From: Candidatus Bathyarchaeota archaeon
GTDB lineage: Archaea; Thermoproteota; Bathyarchaeia; 40CM-2-53-6
NCBI GenBank assembly: GCA_963706285.1
Contig: CAVPLU010000004.1
Location: 224,001 to 288,000, forward strand
Length of the DNA: 64,000 nucleotides
Direction: 5' to 3'
The translations under genes were made by a program, and so were the position numbers. Below, in pieces: positions 10,362 through 20,488 of the stretch. The number at the start of each line of letters is the position of its first letter. Position 1 is the first letter of the stretch. The notes below the pieces were generated by a model, which was not told the DNA's origin, did not search any database, and worked only from the letters and a program-made list of their open reading frames with translations.

Positions 10362-11618
10362 TTGAAAGTAAAGCTCTCGATGCCGTCTGTTCGAGACATA
10401 GAACTTGACGTTCCTTCAACAGCAACGATCAGTCACCTAAAGGAAAAGGCATGCAAGAAGTTAGGAATCGAGTCTGACCTGACAAGCATCCTATGTGATG
10501 GTGCTCGGATTGATGGGAAGCGAAGCGTCGGCAGCCTCCATCTCAAGCAGAAGCTCCTGACAGTCGACTATCTCTGGGCTCGTCATCTAATACTTTGGGG
10601 GCCGGATGGGCAGAAACGACTGAGAGGTGCAACTGTACTTGTCGCTGGTGCGGGAGCGATTGGTAATGAGGTTGCGAAGAACCTTGCAATGCTCGGCGTC
10701 AAGCGCCTACTGATCATCGATAACGATACCGTCGAACTTTCGAACACGAGCCGAATGATCTTCTTCGATCGCAAGAGCCTGGGCTTGAACAAGGCGGAAA
10801 TGCTCGCCAGAGGAATCACCCAGAAGTTCCCCTATGTTGAGGCAATTGCATGGACCGGTGCACTCGAAGACCTCCCACTCGAACACATCCTAAGTGCCGA
10901 CGTGATCGTGTGCGGTCTAGACAACGTACTCTCCAGGATATACCTAGCACAAGTTTCCAGAAGGTACTCCATACCAATGGTAGACGGAGGCATCGTTGGG
11001 TATCGCGGACGTGTCCAAGTCTACGTTCCCCCAGACACGCCATGCCCGCTGTGCACATACCCATCCTCCGAATACGGCCGCATTGCAGGGCTCAGGAACC
11101 CCTGCGATGGGCCAGCTGAAGAAACGAAGGTCCCATCTCTTCCGACGACGATCTCGTTGGTTTCTTCGATCCAATGCCAAGAGGCGACCAAACTGATCGT
11201 TGGTTACCAAAGCTACTTGAGAACTGCGATTTGGCCGAAAGAGACCGGAGAACCGCTCAGGGGCGTGCTGATGATCGACTTGCAGTACAATCGTTACAGC
11301 CTGATGGAGATCAAGCGGAATAAGAGCTGCGTTGTGTGCGGGGAAAACGGGCTGGCCGAGAAGCCTGTGCCAGTGCTGACGATCCCGATAGGAGAAATTC
11401 GCGACTCAACCTCCAGACTGCATCAGATGGTTGCTAGCAGAATGAAACTGACAGCACAGCAAGTTATGTTGTTCTTGCAGCGTCAGAACAAGACAGTGCG
11501 AGTCGAGAAAGGGCAGTCTCTTCGGCGGGCACGCATCGGTGTGGGGAGCGTCATCACCGCGGTCGCACAAGATGGACCCGACTACAGTGAAGCTGTGGTC
11601 AGGCTCACAAAGCCCTAA
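10362..11618 (+). CDS. E1 ubiquitin-activating enzyme (ThiF/Uba) with N-terminal Ubl domain and C-terminal ubiquitin-fold-like domain
   Basis: VLVAGAGAIGNEVAKNL, DNDTVELSNTSR, LDN..SR, CPLC...NPC (candidate catalytic Cys)...CVVC. Confidence 0.92.
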   Translation: MKVKLSMPSVRDIELDVPSTATISHLKEKACKKLGIESDLTSILCDGARIDGKRSVGSLHLKQKLLTVDYLWARHLILWGPDGQKRLRGATVLVAGAGAIGNEVAKNLAMLGVKRLLIIDNDTVELSNTSRMIFFDRKSLGLNKAEMLARGITQKFPYVEAIAWTGALEDLPLEHILSADVIVCGLDNVLSRIYLAQVSRRYSIPMVDGGIVGYRGRVQVYVPPDTPCPLCTYPSSEYGRIAGLRNPCDGPAEETKVPSLPTTISLVSSIQCQEATKLIVGYQSYLRTAIWPKETGEPLRGVLMIDLQYNRYSLMEIKRNKSCVVCGENGLAEKPVPVLTIPIGEIRDSTSRLHQMVASRMKLTAQQVMLFLQRQNKTVRVEKGQSLRRARIGVGSVITAVAQDGPDYSEAVVRLTKP

Positions 11619-11728
11619 GCCTAGGGCACATAGATGAGGTAGTCGCATTGGAGCGTCCATGGATGATGGCTATCAAACGTAGCAATGGTTATTACATGTC
11701 TGAGGCGGTATCAGATTAGGTCTGGGTC

Positions 11729-12109
11729 ATGCGACAGTGTTTATCCTGTGGAAGTAGAAACTCCGATGACGCAGCCTTCTGTAGCATGTGTGGGCTCTCC
11801 TTTGCTGGAAGCCAACCGCAGCAGTATATGCAACCAGTCGGAGCGGCGATGAAACCCGTTCCAATTGTGAAAACGATCACCCCATTGGCGCAGGCAGGCC
11901 CGCAGCAGTGGCCAGTTCCAATGGCTCGGCCGCAGATGACGATCGGATCCTGCTCTTTTCACCCTGAGCTTCCGGCATCGTACATTTGCCTTCGATGCGG
12001 CAAGCAGATATGCTTCTCCTGCACGAAAACCTACGGTCAGCTGGCGATATGCCCTGAGTGCTACTGGGCACTTGCACCACGTACAGGCACAGCGCAGCCG
12101 GGACGCTGA
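11729..12109 (+). CDS. Soluble zinc-ribbon + B-box-like protein, paralog of 6927..7781
   Basis: CLSCG...CSMCG; MKPVP; C-x2-H-x8-C-x2-C-x4-C-x2-C-x9-C-x2-C. Confidence 0.82.
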   Translation: MRQCLSCGSRNSDDAAFCSMCGLSFAGSQPQQYMQPVGAAMKPVPIVKTITPLAQAGPQQWPVPMARPQMTIGSCSFHPELPASYICLRCGKQICFSCTKTYGQLAICPECYWALAPRTGTAQPGR

Positions 12110-12120
12110 AACGATCTTTC

Positions 12121-13727
12121 CTACGCGAGGAGCCCTTTCCTCTTCAGTCGCTCCGTGGATAGCTTGACCTCATTCACGGACAACCCAAGATCCTTCGAAG
12201 CTTGGCTAAGTGATATCTCACCATTTCGTTTCGCGATATATTGGTAGACTCGGTTATCCAGCTCCTCAAAGCCAACGGCGGCTGATGCCTGACCTCGCTT
12301 CCGGGCTCCAGCAACCGCGGTCCTGCGTCGTCTGACACCGGAGCTAAGCGATGAGCCCAGCCTTGCAAAAGATCTCGGGCGCTTCGCAATTATGAATATG
12401 ACAGCAGTGACGATTGTTGCTGCAGCGCCCAAAGAGACAATGAAGATCCACAAGGGTGCATAGTCTGTGACCCACTGTGCCTCTACTATGTAGGGTCGAT
12501 CCATCGTGACCTCATTTTCACCCGGTGGGACAGCGCTAATCACGTTCGAGGAATTGAGGCGCCAGCCAGCGAGCGTATGTTTCACTAATAGTTCTGACCC
12601 GCTGTAAGTCACATCAAACCTTGCTTTTTCCCCATCAAGATACCAGCCAGTACCTGTCGGTTCCCCAAATGAGGACGTTACCAGAAGGTAGTACTGTGTT
12701 TGATAGATCAACCGTACGTTGTGCGGTTTGTTCATCACAAGCTCCGCCGATGTTCCTGGCTGAGTCATGCCATCGATATTCCATGAAAGCCAGACAAATC
12801 GTTGAACCGAGCTTCCCGGGATTGAGATTATTTGAGGAACAGGTCCAAGAGAAGCAGTCTGGCCAGCATCGTACCAGGTGCTGTTAGGGGCTGAGATTTT
12901 CTGAGCAATGTCTGGTGGATCGTAAGTGACGTCCAATTTGTATTGTGTCTTGTATCTTGCAGTCACTGACTTGGGTCCATCCATGCGAGCAGACCCGTGG
13001 GAATCGGTACCTGTGTAGTCTCCTACCCATTGAACAAAGACCTGTCGAGTATCGGTTCCATTTGTTCCTTTAGGTGCAAGGAAATCTGCCGTAGATCCAG
13101 CGTCGAGCCAGAGAGTTGAGGGCGAGAAAAGTCCGACCGGATCATACGATATTCGAAGGATATACTGTGTCTTCCAGGTGGCAACGGCTTTCTTCGGACC
13201 ATTCATGACTATCGAGTCGGAGATTATTCCCTGCCCCGAGGCATCCTGTCCCCACTTGACAAACAGATATCTCACTCCTTCGGATCCGCTTGTCATGTTC
13301 GTGTCCAACCTGGCTTGAGCAGTTGTTCCCCCGTCGTACCAATCACTTCTAGACGGCGCTCCGTACTGAGAGACGACTTCGAGGTAGTATTGTGCCTTGT
13401 AGGTGAATGTGTGGGTGCCAGCTCCCGTGAAGGACCAGAGGTTGTCTCTGCATTGATACCTGGTTCCGTTGGCCCCGCCCACGTTTAGGTCGACGCTGAG
13501 CGTGTGCGCACCGCCAGGAGAGATGCTTAGGGTCTTCGTGTCGCCTGTTGCAATCGTTCCGTTTAGTATGCCGTCCAGGTAATATTGAGTTCTTGCTCCG
13601 CTGGAAGCCCTACCACTGTGAAGGAGACGGAGTACGCTTGAGCCTTCACGAGTGTCGGTGCGGTGACGAGAGAAATGAGGATCAGTGCGTCAAGTGCCAA
13701 GATGGCCAATCTAGTCCTCGACAACAT
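12121..13727 (-). CDS. Type I membrane protein: signal peptide, repeated beta domains, TM helix, cytoplasmic C-terminal winged helix (frameshifted near the N-terminus)
   Basis: ATG at 13727 with hydrophobic leader; repeats QY(Y/I/K)L.V.S...G...WY..G; TM LWIFIVSLGAAATIVTAVIFII; tail RVYQYIAKRNGEISLSQASKDLGLSVNEVKLSTERLKRKGLL. Confidence 0.75.
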
Positions 13728-13939
13728 GAAGGGTGGGCCTCCGCCACCCGTTTAGCATGTGTCTAGGCCTAAAATGTATTACACTCTCGGATCTGCCTTA
13801 TCGTGCCAAAACAGCAAGCCGGTAATCAATCTCTATGTCAGATTGACTGCGCCGATATGGAGGATGCGAAGCCTGACGATACGATTTGCCAAGCCCATGA
13901 GCGCAATCGTCATAACTAATTCGGCCCACTCACTGAGAT

Positions 13940-14245
13940 ATGGCTTCCACTCCGTACACGCGAGGCAGAAGTAGAGAATACCAAGTGCTGAAGAAACTGA
14001 GACGCGAAGGGTGGTACTGCAGCAGGAGCGCAGCATCTCACGGCCCCGTGGACGTCTTCGCTGGGAAGAACGGACTCGTCCGCATGATTCAAGTGAAGAG
14101 CGGGCAAGCCAGACTGAGGCCTGGAGACAGGGAGACCCTCAAGCTTTGGGCACAAGCTTACGCCGGAGTAGCTGAGGTCTGGTATTTTGGCAAGCGCGCA
14201 GGCACAAAAATAGAAGTGATTCTCGACGCAAGAACACGACTCTAA
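13940..14245 (+). CDS. hjc: Holliday junction resolvase Hjc-family nuclease
   Basis: GRSREY...L...GW...RSAASHGPVDVFA...IQVKS PD-(D/E)xK pattern. Confidence 0.8.
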   Translation: MASTPYTRGRSREYQVLKKLRREGWYCSRSAASHGPVDVFAGKNGLVRMIQVKSGQARLRPGDRETLKLWAQAYAGVAEVWYFGKRAGTKIEVILDARTRL

Positions 14246-14254
14246 CAACCTCAC

Positions 14255-15099
14255 TCACATATGAACGTCCAAGCAGACCTGGTAGCGACAAGGGCCAACA
14301 CTTCTGACCACATGTGATTCTATGTTGCCCTCCCCTGCACCTATCTGTCTGAAACACAGGACTCAACTTCGACAAAGCCTGCATGCTTGCCGCTGATCTA
14401 CGATTTGAGTCGATGAACACATAGCAGTGGACTACCCCGCAACCATTCTTCAATGCACTTTTCGCGGTCGGAAGAGACTGCAATGCCAATTCAGGCAACG
14501 GCAGCAGGACTCGATCAGCGCATCCGTTGAGAGAAAGAGGACACTAGCTGGTTCGCGTCTCCGCAGATCACATCTATTCTATCTCGTACTCGGTTGAGCA
14601 CGTTGTTCATGGCATGATAGCGAACGGCCGCTGGGTTGATGTCGAGGGAATAGACTCTTGAGGGGTGTGAGTGCTTCGCGATCATTATTGAGAAAGATCC
14701 CACTCCAGCGAAGAAATTTACAACACATTCTCCCTGAGAAACCAGGTCAGCAATTCGCTTTCGTTCATGACTGAGCCTCGGTGAGAAATACATCGTCTCT
14801 AGATCGACTCGGTATTGGCAGCCATGCTCGCGGTGTAGAGTCTCGGTCCGTTGCTCACCCGCCAACCATTCAAGCTTCCGGGTTCGAAACTGCGAACTAA
14901 CCGGACCCGTCTGTCCCAAGACGACTCTGAGGTTAGGTGCGAGATCAAGTAGGCTCTCCGCAATTTGGTGCTTTTCATGCTGAAATTCGTCGGGAAGCTT
15001 CAGGATCGCTATGTCTCCAACTATGTCAACACCTTTCTTGAGACGAGAAAGCTGTCCCATGTCAAGGAATTTCTTTGTAGATTTCGTGAGTAGCCTCAA
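14255..15099 (-). CDS. Trm5/Taw2 (Met-10+) family SAM-dependent tRNA G37 modification enzyme (frameshifted)
   Basis: DIVGDIAI, HREHGC...YFSPRLSHER, FAGVGSF, DINP motifs; adjacent to taw1. Confidence 0.85.
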
Positions 15100-15135
15100 T
15101 GTCGAACGCCACCGATCACCATTGAGGCTTCAGTC

Positions 15136-16152
15136 TCACAATTTGTCAAGCGAGAGATCTAGCGTAGATGAATCTCGTGCGAGAAGAACGACCCTGCTTA
15201 CCGTGTCCTCGGCGACATACTCGTATCCCGTGATTCTCGCAATTCGGTTTGCGAATTCTCTGATCTCGGAGTGATATGGCATTGCGGTGATCGGTAGTCG
15301 TTGCTTCGATTCTCCTAGCCAACTGTATCCCTTGAGCTCGACGATATCCACTGCTCCCTCTGCTACAAGTTTCGAGTACTTCTCTGGGCCGTTCATGTTC
15401 TCCCCCTTTACGAGTGTGAGCCTCAAGATTGTTCGGGATCGCTCGAAGCGACGCATCAATCGAAGGCTCGTCAGAACTCTCTGCCACGCGTCGGAAATTA
15501 TTGGGTGTGTCACGCTTTCGTACGTTTGACTATCTGGCCCACACAAGCTCAAGTACAGGTTCGTAGGCTCCGTCTTGCGTTCTGCAATCTCTTCAAGTCT
15601 TTCAGGCATGGTGCCGTTGGTTACTAGGAAAGATGTCATTCCCTTTCGATCGATCTCGCGGATGAGCGACCCGATGTGTGGGTAGAGAGTTGGTTCCCCA
15701 TCGAGAGAGATTGCGACGTGCTTAGGGTTCATCGATTCTTCGAACAGTTTCCCCGTTACATGTGGATTTGCTTTGAAGCCAGAGAGGAGTTTCCGCTGTG
15801 CCATAATGGCTTCATCCAGAATCAAATCGGGAGGATCCCAAGCTTGTTCCGAGTTGAATCGTTCACCTGTGTGGAAGCGCCAACAGAAGATGCAACGTAG
15901 GTTACAGAACTGCAGTGAAGGAGTAAGCTGCAGGCACATGTGACTCTGGATACCATACCATCTCTTGTAGCATAGTCTGCGTCCCATGAGTGCAGAACGT
16001 GCCCATCTGCAGATCTGAATGCCTGAGTGTCTTCCCACAAGCCTGTAACCTGCTCTGAGGTATCTTCGTACCGTGACCGGCCTGAAGCTCGACGGCGTCT
16101 GGCTGAGCGGAGATCTCGGCATCATTCTGGTTTGGGCCTCCGCATCGAGCAA
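15136..16152 (-). CDS. taw1: 4-demethylwyosine synthase Taw1 (radical SAM)
   Basis: CYKRWYGIQSHMC, CNLRCIFCWR, HVAISLDGEPTLYP, FLVTNGT. Confidence 0.93.
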   Translation of the reverse strand: MLDAEAQTRMMPRSPLSQTPSSFRPVTVRRYLRAGYRLVGRHSGIQICRWARSALMGRRLCYKRWYGIQSHMCLQLTPSLQFCNLRCIFCWRFHTGERFNSEQAWDPPDLILDEAIMAQRKLLSGFKANPHVTGKLFEESMNPKHVAISLDGEPTLYPHIGSLIREIDRKGMTSFLVTNGTMPERLEEIAERKTEPTNLYLSLCGPDSQTYESVTHPIISDAWQRVLTSLRLMRRFERSRTILRLTLVKGENMNGPEKYSKLVAEGAVDIVELKGYSWLGESKQRLPITAMPYHSEIREFANRIARITGYEYVAEDTVSRVVLLARDSSTLDLSLDKL

Positions 16153-16205
16153 GAATCTGCCGACCGCTTGACCGTTTTGAGTATGGCGAATTTGCCTCTT
16201 GATCT

Positions 16206-17348
16206 CTAACGATATGGGATGAATTCTCTGCCCAAGAGTTCTCTCGCGACGATCATCTTCATGATGTCTGATGTGCCGTCGCCGATCATAGATCCTCTGA
16301 TCTCTCTCAAACGGTATTCGTCAAGAGTCTCTGTTGTAAAGCCCACTGCTCCACGATTCTGTATACAGTCATTCACAACGTTGAATGCTACCTGCGGCAC
16401 CCAGAACTTTATCATGGCAGACTCTCTTGTGAATGGTTGATTCTTGTCCTTCAACCAGAATGTTCTGTAGCAGAGGAGCCTGGCTGCCTGAAGTGTCGTG
16501 TAGTCTTCGGCGATCCGAAATTGAACCGATTCAAACTTACCAATGGGGCTTCCGAAGGCTTTCCTTTGCTTCACGTATTCCATGGATTCCTCAAGCGCTG
16601 CCTCAGCCATTCCGACCGTCCAAAGCGCAATGTATGCACGCATAAGGTCGAAAGTTTCCATGACATAGTAGAAGCCCTTGTTTTCTTCTCCGATCAGGTT
16701 GCCCGCGGGCACGACCACGTCCTTGAGTACAAATCCCCCGAACGAGAACAACCTCCACCCAAGCGCGTCAAACAGATACTTCTCGAGACCCGCGCGATCA
16801 GTCTCGACGAGAAACATGCTGACTCCCTTGGCATCGTTCTTCTGCCCTGTTCTAGCCATGAGACAATACGCGGCGCACTCGTTGATGCCGGTGATACACT
16901 GCTTCTCCCCGTTGATCACATATTCACCGCCCTTCTTCACAGCGCGGGTTGAGATCGATCCCGCGTCCGAGCCCACACCAGGCTCTGTTGAGGCGATGCC
17001 GAGCATCTTCTCGCCGGTCGCGAGTGAACGCAACCACTTCTCCTTCAGCTGCTGCGATCCATGCAAGTAGAGTATCTCAGCCATGATGTCGCCTAGCGGT
17101 ATCTGCCAACCTGCTCGAGCGAGCTCTTCAACCGCGATCGCCATAGTCGTCGCATCGGATTCTTGACCACCATATTCCTTGGGCAATCTCAGACCAAGCA
17201 AGCCGGCCTTTCCCATTTTGCGGTAGATGTCCCATGGAAACTGGCCTTTTCGTTCGTACTCCCGAATCTTCGGAGCAACCTCTTTCTGCGCGAATTCCCG
17301 GACGGTACGTCCAAAGAGTTCCTGCTCTTCAGTGAAACTGAAATCCAA
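16206..17348 (-). CDS. Acyl-CoA dehydrogenase
   Basis: TEPGVGSD, INGEK, RKAFG.PI..F..VQF, IGDGTSDI motifs. Confidence 0.95.
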   Translation of the reverse strand: MDFSFTEEQELFGRTVREFAQKEVAPKIREYERKGQFPWDIYRKMGKAGLLGLRLPKEYGGQESDATTMAIAVEELARAGWQIPLGDIMAEILYLHGSQQLKEKWLRSLATGEKMLGIASTEPGVGSDAGSISTRAVKKGGEYVINGEKQCITGINECAAYCLMARTGQKNDAKGVSMFLVETDRAGLEKYLFDALGWRLFSFGGFVLKDVVVPAGNLIGEENKGFYYVMETFDLMRAYIALWTVGMAEAALEESMEYVKQRKAFGSPIGKFESVQFRIAEDYTTLQAARLLCYRTFWLKDKNQPFTRESAMIKFWVPQVAFNVVNDCIQNRGAVGFTTETLDEYRLREIRGSMIGDGTSDIMKMIVARELLGREFIPYR

Positions 17349-17485
17349 TTTCGTCTACCCCACCAAAGACGACAATTGAGCTACCTATGCACCGCTGATA
17401 AGCCTGCCCTTGAATTCCCTCGTCCGTCAAGTATCTCTAGCCGAAGAGTACCCCCAGAAGCTATCTTTTGTCGCTGAGACAGTGA

Positions 17486-17995
17486 CTACAGGTTCATCGT
17501 GATGATGCCCCTCTTGACTAGCATGTAGACAACTATGGTACTGAAAACGAGCTCGAGCACCAGATATGAGCCATTGTAGACTGCAGAATATACTGCTGGA
17601 TTCATTCCGGTTGGGGCATAGGTCGCGAAGAACACGAGGCCGGATATGAAGTGGCAGATGAATCTGCCGAATATGCCAACTGCGACGCCTGTAATCGGAT
17701 GCCCTCTGAGAAGACCAGCGAGACCGAGAGCACCAAACGCTAGCGGATAATCTAGCAGGAACTGCACTGGATGTACGATGAAGGGTTGTGGAAACAAGTC
17801 CACGAGACCAAAAATCACGCCTCCGAATACGCCTATCTTAGGACCCCTTCTCAAGGCCAACCAGAGAATCGGAACCATGCTGGCTGCGGTTACGGAACCA
17901 CCTTGCGGCAATCGAAGAATCACGATCAAGTTCAATACATATGCCAGGGCAACGGCCACGACTATCTCAGCTATGATCTTTGTTTGATTTTTCAT
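17486..17995 (-). CDS. thiT: Energy-coupled thiamine transporter S component ThiT
   Basis: LPQGGSV..SMVPI, HPVQFLLDYPLAF, RFICHFISGLVFF..YAP, YS.VYN; TPP riboswitch upstream. Confidence 0.92.
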   Translation of the reverse strand: MKNQTKIIAEIVVAVALAYVLNLIVILRLPQGGSVTAASMVPILWLALRRGPKIGVFGGVIFGLVDLFPQPFIVHPVQFLLDYPLAFGALGLAGLLRGHPITGVAVGIFGRFICHFISGLVFFATYAPTGMNPAVYSAVYNGSYLVLELVFSTIVVYMLVKRGIITMNL

Positions 17996-18035
17996 TCATG
18001 AGACCTCAGAGGAGCGAGGCCTACCTAGCGAGAAA

Positions 18036-18130
18036 CACCCTTCCTTCGCCAGCATTGCCTGGATCAGGTTCAAGGGGTCGACGACTCCAGTCGTCCTCTC
18101 AGCCGGGTAGACCCAGCTCCCCAACCCTCG
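18036..18130 (-). promoter_or_regulatory. TPP (THI-box) riboswitch
   Basis: Minus strand GGGGAGC...GCTGAGAG...ACCCCTTGAACCTGATCCAGGCAATGCTGGCGAAGGAAG matches the THI-box consensus; TTAAATA box upstream. Confidence 0.92.
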
Positions 18131-18314
18131 TGAAGCAGCACCATCGTATTTAACGCAAGTGATCGTGCTAGGCCGTCCATGCCTTGCCAGCTGTGGCAAT
18201 TGCAGTCGAAGTTGTCTTCGGCGGGATGGTTTTGTCTTAACCTCGACGTTTTAGTACCACCGTTGTTCGATAGCAATGTGACGCGGATGTCCAAGAGAAG
18301 CTCAACTCTACCGT

Positions 18315-19352
18315 GTGCTTGAAGGAGGCCGGGTGAAGTGTACCGCCTGCGCTCGATACTGCAACATTCCAGAGGGCAAGGTAGGATTCTGTGGCATCCG
18401 CCAGAACCTGAAGGGTCGACTGTACCTGCTCGCATACGGGAAGATCACCGCCAGTCATGTTGACCCGATCGAGAAGAAGCCATTAACACACTATTTGCCA
18501 GGAACCAAGATCTTCTCCATATCTACCACTGGCTGCAGCTGGAGCTGCGCCTACTGCCAGAACTATGACATGAGCCAACGGAGAATCGTAGAAGGCACTA
18601 ACGTAACGCCCGAACAGATTGTGCGTCTGGCGGAACAGAACGGATGCGAGAGTATCGCGTACACGTACAATGAACCGACGATCTTCCTAGAGTTCGCACA
18701 TGATGTGGGCGTCCTAGCACGCAAACAGGGAATTCACAACGCTTTCGTCTCCAACGGCTACGCCACACCTGACGGGGTGAAGATGATGAGCGAATTCCTC
18801 GATGCAATAACAGTCGACTTCAAGGGCAATGGAGAAACCAACTTTCTCCGACGCAACGTGGGAATTCCTGATGCGGAACCGATCTATCAAACTCTCCTAG
18901 CGTTGAAGAAGGCGGGAATCCACATAGAAATCACTGATCTGGTAGTGCCAGAGATTGGTGATGATCTCAAGGAAGCGCGAAGGTTGTCACGTTGGATCTT
19001 TGAGAACGTCGGCCCTGATACTCCAATGCATTTTCTCAGGTTCCACCCCGACTTCAAGCTAAGCCATTTACCTTGGACGCCAACGGAGACGCTTGAGAGA
19101 CACTATGAAGTAGCCAAGGCGGAGGGTCTCAAGTATGTCTATGTCGGCAATGTCCAAGGCCACAAATTCGAGAGCACATATTGCGCTGGGTGCGGCGCCC
19201 TAGCGGTTAAGAGGTATGGGTTCGATATCGCGGGCTGGTACCTGGACGAAAGAAACAATTGCTTGAAATGTGGTGAGCATATCCCCATCGTTGGAACACT
19301 CAGCCACACAGCCAACGATGACCGATTCTTTTCTGTCCCGGTCGACCACTAA
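18315..19352 (+). CDS. amrS: AmmeMemoRadiSam system radical SAM enzyme
   Basis: CTACARYC..G.CG.R, DPIEKKPL.H, GCSWSCAYCQN, AYTYNEP, RFHP, YVYVGNV. Confidence 0.9.
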   Translation: MLEGGRVKCTACARYCNIPEGKVGFCGIRQNLKGRLYLLAYGKITASHVDPIEKKPLTHYLPGTKIFSISTTGCSWSCAYCQNYDMSQRRIVEGTNVTPEQIVRLAEQNGCESIAYTYNEPTIFLEFAHDVGVLARKQGIHNAFVSNGYATPDGVKMMSEFLDAITVDFKGNGETNFLRRNVGIPDAEPIYQTLLALKKAGIHIEITDLVVPEIGDDLKEARRLSRWIFENVGPDTPMHFLRFHPDFKLSHLPWTPTETLERHYEVAKAEGLKYVYVGNVQGHKFESTYCAGCGALAVKRYGFDIAGWYLDERNNCLKCGEHIPIVGTLSHTANDDRFFSVPVDH

Positions 19353-19369
19353 CGCAACGGGGCGATGAG

Positions 19370-20452
19370 CTAGGGCTTCTCTAGCGTCGAGTATTCTTTC
19401 AGCAGCTCCTTCTGCCGATTAGTCAACTTCGTCGGTATTCGGATCAGAATCTCAAGGAGCTGGTCACCCTTGCCTCCTCCTACCCGAGGCATCCCTCTTC
19501 CCCTAAGTCGTAGGACCGTTCCAGGTTGTGTGCCTGCTGGAACTTTGACATTCAGCGTGCCATCGAGTGTGGGAACCTCAATTTCCTTTCCGAGCGCTAG
19601 GTCTGCAAAGCCGAGCTCTGAATGATAGATGAGGTCGTCTCCGTCTCTCTCTAAGAGATGATGCGGTTTCACATGGATAACAACGTAGAGATCGCCGGGG
19701 GGTTCTCCCAGTTCTCCAGCTTCTCCCTCGCCCGTCAATCTTAGGTGGTTGCCGGATTCAACTCCAGGTGGGATCTTGATCGAGATCTTGCGAGTTCTTC
19801 GTACACGGCCCTGGCCTTTGCATTCCTCGCACGGATTGTCGATGATCGTTCCCTTGCCGCGACAATTGTTGCATGGTACTATCCTCACGAATCGTGCAAA
19901 GCCCGCTTCCTGAACTTGCTGAATTTGCCCGGCGCCGTTGCATCTCGGACAACGCTTTGGCTTGGTTCCTGGTCTTGCGCCTGTTCCTCGACAAGTGGGG
20001 CAGAGTTCAGCCCGAGGAACTTCAATCTCACGTCTCGCGCCGGAGTAGGCTTCTTCCAGTGAAATGCTGGTGTCATATCTCAAGTCAGCTCCACGGGATA
20101 CTCTGCGTCTCTCGCCTCCTCCGAAGAAGCGATCGAAGATGCTGTCAAAGCCTCCAAACCCGAATCCGATATCTCTGAACACATCGCCGAAGTCTACTCC
20201 TCGGAAAATGTCATCCCAGGAGTATCGGCTGTCTATTCCTGCGTGGCCGAACTGGTCGTATTGTGCTCGTTTCTGTTCGTCTGAGAGGATCGCGTATGCT
20301 TCCGTGATTTCTTTGAACTTCTCTTCGGCTTCAGGTGACTTGTTTCGGTCGGGATGATACTGGAGAGCTAGCTTCCTGTAGGCGTTCTTGATGTCGTCCT
20401 TGCTGGCTTCGCGAGGAACACTGAGGACATCATAGTAGTCGCGTCTGCTCAA
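19370..20452 (-). CDS. dnaJ: Chaperone DnaJ
   Basis: J domain HPD, four CxxCxGxG repeats. Confidence 0.97.
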   Translation of the reverse strand: MSRRDYYDVLSVPREASKDDIKNAYRKLALQYHPDRNKSPEAEEKFKEITEAYAILSDEQKRAQYDQFGHAGIDSRYSWDDIFRGVDFGDVFRDIGFGFGGFDSIFDRFFGGGERRRVSRGADLRYDTSISLEEAYSGARREIEVPRAELCPTCRGTGARPGTKPKRCPRCNGAGQIQQVQEAGFARFVRIVPCNNCRGKGTIIDNPCEECKGQGRVRRTRKISIKIPPGVESGNHLRLTGEGEAGELGEPPGDLYVVIHVKPHHLLERDGDDLIYHSELGFADLALGKEIEVPTLDGTLNVKVPAGTQPGTVLRLRGRGMPRVGGGKGDQLLEILIRIPTKLTNRQKELLKEYSTLEKP

Positions 20453-20488
20453 GCTCTCTCAGCCGTTGTCGTGTTGGGCAAAGGCACT

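Noticed and set aside
6927-12109. Direct assignment to bacterial Bil/Bub/CBASS ubiquitin-like defence systems
   Set aside because: No CD-NTase or effector; E2 and Ub look eukaryote/Caldiarchaeum-like. A defence role is not excluded but is unsupported.
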